Positions 24,882 through 47,700 of a stretch of 64,000 nt of DNA are shown here, piece after piece. Below the pieces are notes generated by a model. That model searched no databases, was not told the DNA's origin, and saw only the letters and a program-made list of their open reading frames with translations. The position numbers were made by a program, and so were the translations under genes. Within the stretch, counting starts at the first letter, position 1. Every line of letters begins with the position of its first letter. The DNA lies in the NCBI GenBank assembly GCA_965203295.1, contig CBDBCZ010000018.1, positions 704,001-768,000 of the forward strand, read 5' to 3'. Source of the DNA: Nitrospirales bacterium (lineage in GTDB: Bacteria; Nitrospirota; Nitrospiria; Nitrospirales; UBA8639).

Positions 24882-27411
24882 CTGTGAGCGGTAGTGTGTG
24901 TGTGTAATGGCGGAACAGGTGAAGCTAGCAGCTTCCGGAGTGAAAGATTATTCATCGCTTGTTTAGTCTACGCCATTAGCTGCACAATAGCACCCACTTA
25001 AGCTCTACAGGAAGTTAGACATGCATAATCTCTACCGCTAACCTAGCTGAGACAGCTGTGGTGTTACAGCTAGTGTAGCGAAGAGACAGCTATCTTGTGT
25101 TACCGCTGAGAGCTCTGTGGTAGCTACTAGTTTACTGTAGAGTGTGCAGGGAGTGATTGCAGTAGTACAGTCATACAAGAATCACTCGGTGTGCATAGCT
25201 AGCTTATCTGCTAGCTGTGTAGTATCCCCAGTTACAGAGTTGCAGCTGTGCTGATCCTACTGCTGAATCGCAAGGAATACTTACTAAAATCAGCAGTATA
25301 CATGTCATGAGTAATATCGTCATGTGATACTACATCCAATTATGCAATTTTCTTCCCCCCCTCCCCCATTCATATGCATACACACGAACTTCAGCAATTA
25401 AAAAAAGTACTTGTGTGAGAGGTGAAGAATGCGCTTAAGACATGCACAAAGGTCAGTGTGGGTACCAAACAGCAGTATATATACCCCCCTCCCCCCGCTA
25501 TTCCCTGTAGTTAAAGAAATCGTCCAGGTGTACACGTACTATACTCAGAATTTCGGGCAAATTTTAGAAACTAAGCATGACAAGTACATGTAACTCCCAT
25601 ACAAGTGTGCAGCGTACTCACTCCCCAGGCTCCTACTCCAGTCCTACACACAGCGAAAAAGCTTTGGGTGGAGTCTGGGAGCAAGACACAAGGCTATGTA
25701 CGGTATCCCTAGCTAAAGTGCCTACTGTTGAGTGCAAAATTCAGTGTATGCTTTTCGTACTGGCAGTATACATATACATGCTTATTAATATGTGAAACGT
25801 AAGAATTTGCCACATTTATTCCCCCACACATACACGCACAGACACCTTTGTGCGGTGAAATGTTGGAATAAAAATCCTGTTTCCTAGCTGACGCTGAAGG
25901 CTTGCACAAACGTCATTGTGTGCACCAATGACCCTGTACCCAGGCCCCTCCCCCTCCCCCTCGCAAATTTCCTGTAGCGATTGATAGCACTGTCCACAGC
26001 TGCTATAAATTATGGCCAAGAAACTGTGGCGACCATGGCCGCTACTGTTCCACTGCCACTGCTTTGTCAGCAGCTGAAAAAATCTTTATGGGAAGGTCAG
26101 GCATTGTTTTTGCACTGATTACTACCTGGACATGTACATGTATAGGCAAAGTCCATGTGATACCACAACCAAAATTATGCATTTCTCCATGCAGACACAC
26201 ACACACAGACAACTTTGCATAACAAAAATATGATGCTAAAGATATGCATGCACGAAGGTCAGTGTGTGTATATCCTAGCCTTGTTCCCAGGCTCCAGTGC
26301 CCAGCAATTTTAGCATGTGGAGAAACATGGGCAGGGAGCCTGGTACATGTACATGTGTACATGCATGTCTCATGATGTCGTGTACATGGTGTAGGGTGGT
26401 TTTGCTAAATCAATTTCTGTTTAAGGTAAGAAGCAGACACTGTAGTCTGGCCTTCCCATGAGAATGTTACAATGGCTTTATCAGCTGGAACATTTATGGT
26501 TGCCAAGACTACTACTTGTACAAAAAGTTGTGATGTCATGTTGTCAGTTTGTAAGCACAAGTTGTACATCATGTAAACTCACATTATATGCTCTAGCTTT
26601 ATCAATACAGAACCTCCAGCCCCACAATGATATAGCATTTCCTAAACAGTAGCAAGGAGTTCCTTTGCCAAGCCAAACCAAACTCACTTTGTTTCAAGTA
26701 ATTCCTCACTCTCTCTCTCTCAACTTTGCTTTGTACATGGATTTAGACTTTGTTGGTTGTATGGGGACTTTCTCACATTTTAAAAGTATATTGCTTGGGT
26801 CTGCTATGAAGGATACACTATTGCGTGTGTTGTCATAGTAACTGCTTGTAATGGGAGGCTGAAGTAGCCTTCCACATGTGCATGCATGTAGTGCTACAAT
26901 ACAATAGTGATGTTGGCCAAACCGCTGTCTGCAGTTGCACTCATAAGCTTCCACCATTTCACCCCCACTGTTAGTGGAAATAGATGAGTAGCCTCCCCTG
27001 AATTGTCAGTCTACTGACAGATAAAGCCTTCAGATTTCGAAGTAATTGTGTTATTAAGCAATTTGCATTCACTGTGCATTCACTATGAGCCTCAGTCAAA
27101 AACGTTTTGACGATGATAATCATGGTCTGAAGCTGGTGAGTGCTACACTGCACTGATGAGGCCCAAATAGGCCGAAACAGCTGCTTACAGCCGTATTTGT
27201 TTTCAAGAGTACTAATTGGAAACTTACATGAATAATACTGTTTGATGTAACCAAATCACTGCTAATCTGTGGTGTAAGGCTGTACATTATTGAATTACTG
27301 CGGTCATTATGTGGCTAATGGCTTTCACACATGATTGTGTGTTTACCCTAGCCTTGGCTCCCTGCACAGTATTTTAGTATGGGTTCCTTCGTACATCACA
27401 TTATGTCACAT

Positions 27412-28183
27412 ACTGGGACCGCAAGCTAACGCAGCTATCGGCGCGCGCCCCCGGTCGCCATGGAAATAGGTTCAGGAATGGGGTCACGAGCGTTCCATCG
27501 TATCGTATATAGACAGACAGTGACGAGCGTTTGGTCGCGGACGTGTGTCATCTGAATGATACTGGAGGCTAACTTTCACAGGTGCCAGTGATCCCGCGAG
27601 AGACAACTGTACGCGCGCACTACGCGGTCTTAACTTTCACGTGAAAGTGTATAATAATCATGTGACCTAGAGTGCCACACCCCCATTGCTATAGCTTGGC
27701 CGCATGGATTCCTGAGAGCTCGAGGCGGTATATTCATCGTCCGAGTAGCGCCCCCAATCTTGTACCAAGGGACACCTTTCCATTTCGTATCTTCGCTGTA
27801 AGTTACAGTATAGCGTGAAGATTCATTCTAGCGCCACGCCCTTTAGTTAGTTTCCGTATGTATCTCTGCAAATACCAGCGCTAAGCCTTAGTTCAAGGCG
27901 GTGCCAGTGATGGATCAAGTCTAGCTACAGCATGACAACGTATCATCGCCTGGTATGTCCGTTTAATATACCGCCTCAATAACAATAGTTCTTCGACCCT
28001 ACTGAGTAGGCGGGGCTTCATGTTCCTTTCGTTCCCGTGGGCGTGGTCGGTGATGACGTCATAAGGTGTAGAATGAGTGGGGCTACATTTTGGTGCCCTT
28101 CTTGCATGCCTGCACCACCTAAAAGTCTGAGATATGGACCTTAGAAATAGGGCAAGAATCATCAAATTCTCTGTGGTCCCAGT
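27412..28183. mobile_element. MITE-like element with short TIRs (ACTGGGACCRCA)
   Basis: actgggaccgca ... tgtggtcccagt. Begins exactly where homology to ~34900 ends. Confidence 0.55.
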
Positions 28184-29502
28184 CCTTAATGCACCTGAGC
28201 AGGCACTTAATTAATATCAGCTGTTAGGCAATCCTGTGACCTTACAGCTGCTAAACATTCACAGCGTGATGTTTTGCCACTTGCGGTTGTGGAGTTACTG
28301 ATTTTAACTAAACTTCATAATTGTTTGTTCAGCCGTCCCCAGTTACATAATAAACTTCATAATAAAAGGAGATAGTATTCATAAGTTCTTGGCACTATAA
28401 TCAGTAGGTTAAGGATGTTTTTTTTTTTGAGGTAGGTTATTTTCCTTAAAAATTCCTTATAGAACATGTAGCTGGTTAGATTTTTATTAATCGCTGTCTA
28501 CATGTACAGCCTCACAAGCTACTAAACATTCACCCCATGATGTACATGTACATTAAATGATTTTTACAAAAATTATCATGGTCAATTAAATGAAATATTT
28601 TTTCTGTAAACAGAGTGTATGTGGTTTTGTTTTGTTTATTTATGGATAGGATCTGTGCAATCTCCCTCCCTGCCCTAATTTTTGATTTTGGATAAACCGG
28701 TACACTCCAGTAGAATATAGCCTTCTGAATGTCCCTAAGGCTAGTCTGGCCCCGGGCGAGATCCTCACTCTAAGATTCTGACCCTGCGAGACTTGCCCAA
28801 GGCTAACTTCTCTGAGTGCTACATGTAGCTAGACCGTGATCGTGCGAGTCTGCAACTATGGAAGGGCGGGGCTCACGCAGGCAGCCAGGCACGTGCTAGG
28901 GATGTGCGCGCCACACCTACCAGGCGCCTTCACAGAAAGAGAGATTTTTGTCTGGCCCGTATCCCTTGGATACAGTTCAGTAGCTGCTCCAGTTTTTTGT
29001 TAGGTAGCTAGCTAGAGCTAGCGTGCTTGCTGTGCAGCTTCAAACTGAAGTTGCTGTAGTCTCGCCAGCTTTATTGCCTAGCTGTGAATTGTAGTTCATA
29101 CAGAGCGACACAGACATGTCGACAACAGGAGGCGAACAGCTGGTCAGTGCTAATATGTGTTGTTCTTAAAGCCTTTTCTCCCGTGCGGGTCGCAAAAGCT
29201 TTCTGTACTGCCAACTACCGTGCTAATGGCGGCTGGACCCTTCAAAGCATTTTTTGGCTCATTTGTTGCCTTTTCCTATGTAAGCCTGAGCCGTGCGTAG
29301 GCCAGGGTCAGTCGCCACAGCGGGGTAAGTGGCCATGCCAACTGCTATTGTACCGTAGATAGCCGCGCGGTGGTCATGGTGGTGGAAAAAAACTTTTCTG
29401 GCCTCTAAAACGCTGTTTTTACAGAAAAGTACAAAAACGTAAACAATAAACAACAACAAACAAGAAAACAAGATTGCGACATGGAAAGTACAAGAAAACA
29501 AT

Positions 29503-39806
<10,304 letters not shown>

Positions 39807-41259
39807 AGTGAGGGGTACTCGCAACAAGAAGAACGCATTGGTGAAGGAGGTGAATCGTTTTAGCTGGGTTAAATTCACTGGGAAAGCGTCTTCTCTGTAG
39901 CTAAGAGTGAGAACGAGCATAGAGTATTTTAAGCCGTACAGAAACTGTGAAGGAATGCTATAGTGATGGTTCTTACCTAATTGACTGATTAGCAAGAAAA
40001 CTTATCAGAATGCCATTGCAAGTATAATTAAGGGGTATATATTAAGGACAGGGCTTGATGCTGGAATCCTCTTGTTGTAGATATTTGAAACCTTGACTGC
40101 ACCCGCTGGCTCAATGACATACTGCTAATGTAGCTACGTGGATTTGGTTAGTTCAAACGCTAGCTAAACACGCAGTGAGGTCTTTAGATTAGCTAGCTAC
40201 AACTTACAATATTGAGACTGGGGTTAGTCCATGCTTCCTTTTTTGCCAGTTAATCATAGAGGCCAACATGGCTGGCAGATGGAGAAGGTAGATGCAAGGT
40301 CAGGAATCCTTCAAGCCGTGAAGAGTCAGATGACACGAAAAACAATTGACCTGTAATACGCATATAATGCAGTGAAGCACTTGTCATGGAAGCGCTTCCT
40401 CTCCCCAATATCCAAGCAAGCTATTAATTGTGCTACAGCTACTCGACACCATTATTATCTGTTGTAGACTACATGCACAACATGTATAGCTACACACTGT
40501 ACACACGTACAAATACATACACAACCACTAAAATTTTATGCACCAACTCATTCTCTTAGACAAGTCTAGCTGCCAGCAGATAGCATGCACAGTTATCACC
40601 AGTCAGTTTCCAGGAGCTGGTCTGGAGAACAATACAATGTACAATGTCTGGAGAACGGTAACTTCAGTACACTCAACATTCACTCAACAGGCAGTGTTCT
40701 AGCACTCACTCAGTAGCGAGCTAGGTGTTCTAACTCAGTATGGTAGGCAGAGCTATAAAATGCTCTATTAAACTCCCTCAGTTAGCAGTAGGCAGTGCTC
40801 TACTCTCCCTCAGTTAGCAGTGCCAGTGGGGTAACACTAACTGGCAGTACTGTGGAATATAATACTACACAGTTGCAATTTAATTATGTGCTCAACACTG
40901 TCTGCATTTTGATTGGACAGTTACCTGTTGCCATGGAGTGGTGTGCATCACATGTTCCTAGGGAATATTTGTGACACTCATAACATTACCCACAGTGCTT
41001 TATTCATGGCAAGGGTTTTGTATGTGGAGGAGTAGTGACCCTTTTGACCCTTACCACACATTAGCAGGGCATCCCCCCACACATATCCCAGCAGCTGTCC
41101 ATTGCAGCTCAAATTACTGATTGCATACCTTTAGCAATAATGCATGTCTACAACTGTAGTTTAGTAGGAAAAGGTCAAGGTTCTGTCTGCAGTTACTAGT
41201 TACTGAAAGAGAAAAAAAAACTGGAAAGAACTTCAAGGGTATAGCTACATCAGTGAGCC

Positions 41260-41388
41260 TTGCACCGGGCGACTATGGTGGCCCCGCACCGGGCTGGAGT
41301 GGTCCCGCACCGGGCCGGGGTGGCCTTGCACCGGGCCGGGGTGGCCCCGCACCGGGCCGGGGTGGCCCCGCACCGGGCCAGGGTGGCA
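41260..41388. repeat. 21-bp GC-rich minisatellite (GCACCGGGCCGGGGTGGCCCC) x6
   Basis: Six units are visible. A more degenerate paralog lies at ~22090-22190. Confidence 0.9.
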
Positions 41389-41786
41389 TTATATTATTAT
41401 AATCAGGAGCCCATGAGCGCCGCGAAGGAGCGTCAAACTAGCAGTAGAAACTATTTTCAAACTGTAGCGCTGAAACTTCCATATATGGATCTTAAGCCGC
41501 TGTACGTGTTGGAGCCTGTCAATCCAAACTTTGCGGTTACGCGTTACGTCACCTAAGAGAGTGTTACGTCTGAGAATTATTACTAGTGGGCAATAAATCG
41601 ATGCATGCATTTGAGTCGAGTTGCGTGTTCGATGGATAGTACAGCGTATTTCAGTTGCGTTCGAATTTCCGTACCAAACGGAACTTACGGAACCCAGAGC
41701 AAAACTGCGCGCAATGTAGCGTTACGCCCACTGGGAGGAGCCTGCCTACTCGTGCTTCTGCAAAGCTCAGATATTTTAAGCTGGTT

Positions 41787-42931
41787 ATGGCTGACGAGGC
41801 CTCTGGAACTGACGACCAGTGGGAAGGCGAAAGCGGTGACGATGGAAACTTCCACGGCTCATTTGGGCGGCCATATCGGTACAACTATGAATATGGCGAG
41901 TACAGTGAACGGCCTTACGGATTTGTGTCGCCACCATTCCCCCCGCCTTATCCTGTTTGTGAGTCGTCTAGTGCCGTGTATACTCCCCCCCGCTTCTTTC
42001 CTGGAACTCAAGCCCAGTCTGACGCGAGTTCCTATGAAGTCGAGGTAAATCTGTACATAATGTAGCTATATGTATAGCTCCTGCATGCAAGGGTGGCACT
42101 AATTGGGACAGCAATAAATGGTGTTTCTTTTGTTTGCAGTGCACTTCACAGAATAAAACTAGGGTGAGTTTGATCCAGAAGCAGGTTTTCAACTACAAGG
42201 TGAAAGTTATAAACCCAAAAAAGAAGTCTCTCTACGAAATTAGGCCTCTAAAGAAAAACGTTCAATTTGACTCGCTGAATAATTTAAGGAGGTGCGTCAA
42301 GGAAGAAGCTGGACTTTTTAAAGGAGCTTTAGGCTATATTGAGCCAGGACACGGAGTAAAAGGGAAAACAAGGGAGCTGAATGACGATGAAGACCTTGTC
42401 GAAATGTATGTGTTGCATAAGAGAAAGCGTGATGTACTGCTATGGTGCTATGGGGAAGTTACCAGTGAGGGCTCCTCTAGCTCTGCTACCAATGAATCTC
42501 ATAAGCGCCCGGCTACAGGTACTCCTCCACCTAGTAAGCGAGAGTGTATAGCAAAGACTATAAGTAATGTAGAAACCATTGTTGAAAATTTGAAGGGGAA
42601 ACAAGGTGAGAATGGGTACCCAGTCGAGCAGTTTAACTGTTGGGCTCACATGATCAACTCTGGGAAGTGGTCTTCATATGATGCACCACCTGAGCTTCCA
42701 TTTTTTAAGAAGTCCAAAGGCAAAGAGAAACCCAAAGAAAACCCAAGTAATACGAGCTCCTCTGGTGCTTCAGGATCTGCTGCAGGTTCCCCAACGAAGC
42801 GCTTAAATTTGCGAATGCAGTGCATTGATCAATTGAGCAAATGGCATGTACTGTTGGAGTCTGGAGCCATTACTCAGTCTCAGTATGAAGAGCTGAAAAG
42901 TACAATCTTGGATGATATCAAGCACATGTAA
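41787..42931 (+). CDS. Accessory gene of the transposon (2 exons, 41787-42044 and 42140-42931, ~349 aa); PB1-like middle and SHOCT-like C-terminus
   Basis: GAG|GTAAAT donor and tttgcag|TGC acceptor are in phase, with no stops. ELNDDEDLVEMY resembles the PB1 acidic motif. QLSKWHVLLESGAITQSQYEELKSTIL resembles SHOCT. Confidence 0.72.
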
Positions 42932-43037
42932 TTATGATATTGCATGATATAATATAATTATACATGTATACATGCATGCATGTAATACAATATCCAAAGC
43001 TGGATTGAACAGATTTGTACTTGTCTTGTTTGTCTTG

Positions 43038-44028
43038 TTATAGTGGATAACCTGAGTCTGTAATCCATGCATTACATTGATCTTCTGTGATGGAATTAAA
43101 TGCAGCTTGTACTACTGTAGACAGAGGAGCTCCAGATTGCAACAATTGATCATGCTTTTTCAAGTACCCTTTGACATAGCTGAAAGCTTCTTCTGCTGGA
43201 TTAAAATCAGGGCTGTACGGAGGAAGGAATAGCACCAAAATACCAGCTTGCTGTAGTAGATCACGAACTTCAGCAATATGATGCACAGAGCAGTTGTCCA
43301 TTATGACAATTGAGTGAGCGTTAGTGCCATTGTACGTCATCATATTTGGAATCAGTGTTCCCCGAAGGAAATCAAAGAATTCTAGGCCATGCACTAACTG
43401 TTCCGATCACTAGATCTACAGCGAGAAGTCCACTCGATGTCAGTGCTGCTATAGCATTCACTCTCTTCCCTCTGACTAGTAAGTGATGTGATGCTGGAGT
43501 CATACCTCTGAGAGCGTAACCGAATCTACGAATATGATCTCTAGCGTCTGATCCGGTTTCGTCAATCCACACAAACATGTCCCTTCTAAACAAGGTGCAG
43601 TGTGCCATGTATGCACCACGAAGAGGATAACACCTCTGTGATGCTATTTGTCTGACTCGCTTTCTGGTGAAACCATAACGTTTGAAGAGTCTACAGATAG
43701 TTGGTGGAGAAACTGTCAAGGAAGTGATTTCTTTCACTTCCTGAACGACTTCATCCAAGTAAAGAGTTGGGCTCTCCAAGATTAAACCAATTATTATCAG
43801 CTCTGAGTGCTCATCTAGTGCTCTTAACTCTGGTCTGCAGCTTCTCTGCACAGCCCGCACATCTCCACTGGATGCAAATTTCTGGAACAGGCGATGGGCA
43901 GTACTGGTGGCTATGCTTAAATTCTTAGCAATCTTGTAGAACGGTAACGCCATACCTATCCTTTGATACACTACTCTCCACCTTACGTCGACTGAGTACG
44001 CTTTCTTTCTTGCCGGTTCCGCAGACAT
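43038..44028 (-). pseudogene. DD34E IS630/Tc1-like transposase with one frameshift (~43390)
   Basis: N-terminal HTH region, then WIDETG...IMDNCSVH...LPPYSPDFNPAEEAF, with 34 residues between the second D and E. The two ORFs overlap in different frames. Confidence 0.9.
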
Positions 44029-44762
44029 ATCGGCAGTAGGCTAGATTCAAACTATCCGCCAGTAACACGTGTGTACGCACATGCGCAATGTTTGCGGGTC
44101 GTTCCGTAAGTTCCGTACGCCGTACGGAAATTCGAACGCAACTGAAATACGCTGTACTACACGAGCTACCGTCCGCGACAAGCGACCACGAGAAGGCCAT
44201 CATCCCCCTGCACAGAAAAGGCGCCGTTTAGCAAGCCACATGAAACTCGGCTGAGTCGACCTCGAGCACGAACGCTCCCATGACCCCTAGATCCAAGTCT
44301 TGTAGACGGTCTCGAATGTACCGCACTTCGCCCTTACGAAGTCTCCGAACGCTTTTTAGTCGCCGCTACGCTTTGCATACATATATATGACTGTGTAGCT
44401 ACTAGTCACAAGTGAAGTAATGCGATACCTTTCGCACCTTGTTATGACGTAGTTGCGAATTATAGCACAACCGTACGCGTATAAGGAACGTTTTGTGTAG
44501 TTGCGGTTCGACAAGGGATCGCACAGCGGATGTACGCGAGTTTAACGCTCCTTTCCACTTTGGTGTGGTTCATGCGCTCCTGCTATAATCGACTGCAGAA
44601 TACATTATTTCCCGATTGATCATACGGAGCTTTTCTTCTAGCAGAATACATTGATAAACTTAATGACTGTTATGTAGATGAATTCCTACCCCCTTCCCCC
44701 AAGAAACACACTACAGCACACACTTTCACAGGTAGATTTAAGGATATTAGGCATTCAAGTAT

Positions 44763-47700
44763 TGTTAAGAACTAGGCAACTAATAGCAGAACGCACATTG
44801 TCTAAAACAAGTACAGCATGGCGAGAGATAGAGATCACGTGAGCAAAAATGAGTGATTACATAACCAATAATGTATATGCACATGATTGTGAAAGCAGTA
44901 TATATATAATATACGTTTACACAAGAGTCATGAGTGGACCGAATTTAACACTCCTCCTCACTCATGGCTCAGTTCAGGTTTTCTGTGGCACTATTCCTGC
45001 CATCTCTCGAAGAAGAGAGAACTGCTGTTGTGGTAGTCCCTTTGTTAGGACGTCAGCCACCATCTCGCGTATTGGACAGTACTTGAGCTCGATCATTCCA
45101 ACGCTCACTTGCTCCCTGACGAAATGATGCTTTATATCGATATGCTTGGCTCTCCCGTGGAACTGCGGGTTCCGGGCCATTGCAATGGATGACTGGTTGT
45201 CTTCCAGGACAGTAGTGGGTTCTCCTGGTGGCTTTCCCAGTTCAGAGACGAGCCTTCGCATCCATACACACTCCTGTGCAGCACTTGACAAAGCGACATA
45301 CTCCGCCTCGGCGGTCGACAGAGCCACGGTGTCCTGCTTCTTGCTTCTCCACGATACAGGTCCACCTGCGATCTGAAACATGTAGCCTGAGGTAGACTTC
45401 CTGTCGTCCATGTCTCCCGCCCAGTCAGCATCAGAGTACCCGAGTACATCGGAATCATCACTGTAGATCAGTCGAAAGTTCGTGGTGCCCTTCAGATATC
45501 GCAACACTCGTTTCGCCGCTACCCAGTGGGTTTGGTTGGGCTTGCTGGAGAACCTGGCTAGCATTCCCACAGCATAAGCAATGTCTGGCCTCGTACATGT
45601 GGCTAGATACATTAGACTCCCTACCAGTGACTGGTACAACTGTTGGTCCACTGCTTGGTCGTCTTCAGCTGCCTTTACGAGACGGTTGGCTGGATCTGCG
45701 GGGGTCTTGACCGGCTTGCACTCACTCATCCCCATCTTGGTCAGGAGCTTCTCGGCATACGTGGGTTGTCCTATCCAAGTCTCCTTCTTCTCCTGATTCT
45801 GGACAATGGACATCCCCAAAAAGTAGCTCAGCATCCCCAGGTCCTTGATGTCGAACCTTGAAGACAGCTCCTCCTTGACACTCGTCATCTTGGCTTCATC
45901 GTTCCCAGCCAGAATCATGTCATCCACATACACGCCAATGTAGAACGTGTCTTCTCCTCCTGAGACGTAGATGCAGGGGTCGGATTTCAATTGAGTGAAT
46001 CCCATCCTCTTGAGGTGAGTGTCGAGTGCTGTGTTCCAGCACCTGGAGGACTGCTTCAGTCCGTAGAAACTCTTCCTCAACTTGCACACGAGGTGTTCCT
46101 CCCCTTGTTTCTCGTATCCTGTGGGCTGCTTCATATAGACGTCTTCCTGAAGAGTACCATTCAGGAATGCGGTGTGCACATCCACATGGTGGAGTTCCAA
46201 TCCACGCTGTGTAGAGAGTGCTATCAAGGTCCTCAGCGACTCCAGGCGTACCACAGGGCAAAATGTCTCGTCGTAATCTAGGCCAAATCTTTGGTCAAAT
46301 CCTCGAGCCACGAGTCTTGCCTTGTAACGCTCAATTGACCCATCACTGTTGGTCTTCACTTTGTACACCCATTTGCAACCGATCGCCTTCTTTCCAGGAG
46401 GCAGTGTAGTCAGCTCCCAGACTTTGTTGTCCTTGAGTGACTTCATTTCCTTGCCCATGGCCTCTTTCCACTTGGCTTTCTCTGGGCAGCCGGTCGCTTC
46501 TCCGAAAGTGGTGGGCTCACTGTGGATGGTGAGGTGAACTTGTGGAAAACCGTAGTAGTCTACTGGTCCCCTCTCTCTGGTAGACCTCCTAGGTGGGGGT
46601 TCAGCAGCAGCAGGTGAGTCTGCATTGGTGCCGCCATCTTCTTTGTCCCCTTCTTCACGATCAGACTCTGGTTCATCCACAGTATCAAGGATCAATGGAC
46701 TCTGTGTAGGTTCCTCCTCCTCGACAGGCGTACTTTCGATCTCTCGCTCATCAAACTTGACATTTCTGCTGTAGAAGACCTTTTGAGTGAGGTGATCGTA
46801 GACTCGATATCCTTTCTGCACGCTTCCATATCCGAGTAGGACGCACTTTTTCGTCTTGGAGTCTAGCTTCCTTCTCTCGTCCTTCGGGACATGAACATAG
46901 GCCACACACCCAAACACTCTCAGGTGCTCCACACGTGGCTTCTGCCCATACCAGGCTTGGTGGGGCGTGGTCCCTTCCACTGCTGAGGTTGGACTCCTGT
47001 TTCTCAGGTATGCAGCGGTGGAGATGGCCTCGGCCCAGAACCTCTGGGGTAGCTTGGCATCCAGGAGCATCGCTCTCGTGGTTTCAACCAACGTGCGATT
47101 GAGCCTCTCCGCAACTCCATTCTGTTCCGGAGTCTTGGGTATGGTGAGCTCATGCCGAATGCCACAGGCTTTGAGGTGAGCTTGAAAACTCTTGGAGGTG
47201 AACTCACCACCATTGTTCGTCCTCAGAGTCTTCACTCTTTGGCCCGTGAAATTCTCCACTTCTGCCTGCCACTCTTTGAAACGCTCGAACGCCTGATCCT
47301 TGGTCTTGAGGGGGTACACCCAGGCATAGTGCGTCTTGTCATCCAGCAGTGTCAGGAAGTATTCCGCTCCTCCTATTGACTTCTGCCCCATCTTTCCACA
47401 CACGTCAGAGTGCACAAGCTCCAGGGGCATCGATGTCACGGTCTTGCTCGGCTTGAAGCTGCTCTTGCACTGCTTTCCTCCAATGCAAGCTTCGCATACG
47501 CCAACTTTTCCGGACGTGTCGTAGTCGAGTTGACTGACCAGCTGCTTCTTGACAAGCTTCTGCATGCTCTGCTCATTCAGGTGTCCAAATCGGCGGTGCC
47601 AGAGTCGCTCTTTGTTCTCGCTTTGAGCCACGCTCGCACTATTCTGAGATTTCATGGCAAACTTCAGGTAGTACAGGCTTCCCTGACGAACGCCAAGAGC

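Larger units (their letters stand above)
41642..44154. mobile_element. IS630/Tc1/mariner-superfamily DNA transposon (2.5 kb) with two convergent genes
   Basis: TA|CAGCGTATTTCAGTTGCGTTCGAATTTCCGTAC forms a perfect 33-bp TIR, followed by a second inverted block (ACGGAACTTACGGAAC). TA TSD at 41640-41 and 44155-56. Confidence 0.93.
41404..44582. mobile_element. Non-autonomous host element with bipartite imperfect TIRs, interrupted by the Tc1/IS630-like element
   Basis: Left end caggagcccatga..aaggagcgtcaaactagc; right end reverse complement caggagcgcatga..aaggagcgttaaactcgc. Flanked by tataat. Empty site in the paralog at ~22200. Confidence 0.65.

Noticed and set aside
43038..44028. Bacterial IS630 contamination or programmed frameshift
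   Set aside because: The element is embedded in intron-containing host DNA with a TA TSD and carries a spliced gene. There is no slippery A-run at the frameshift.
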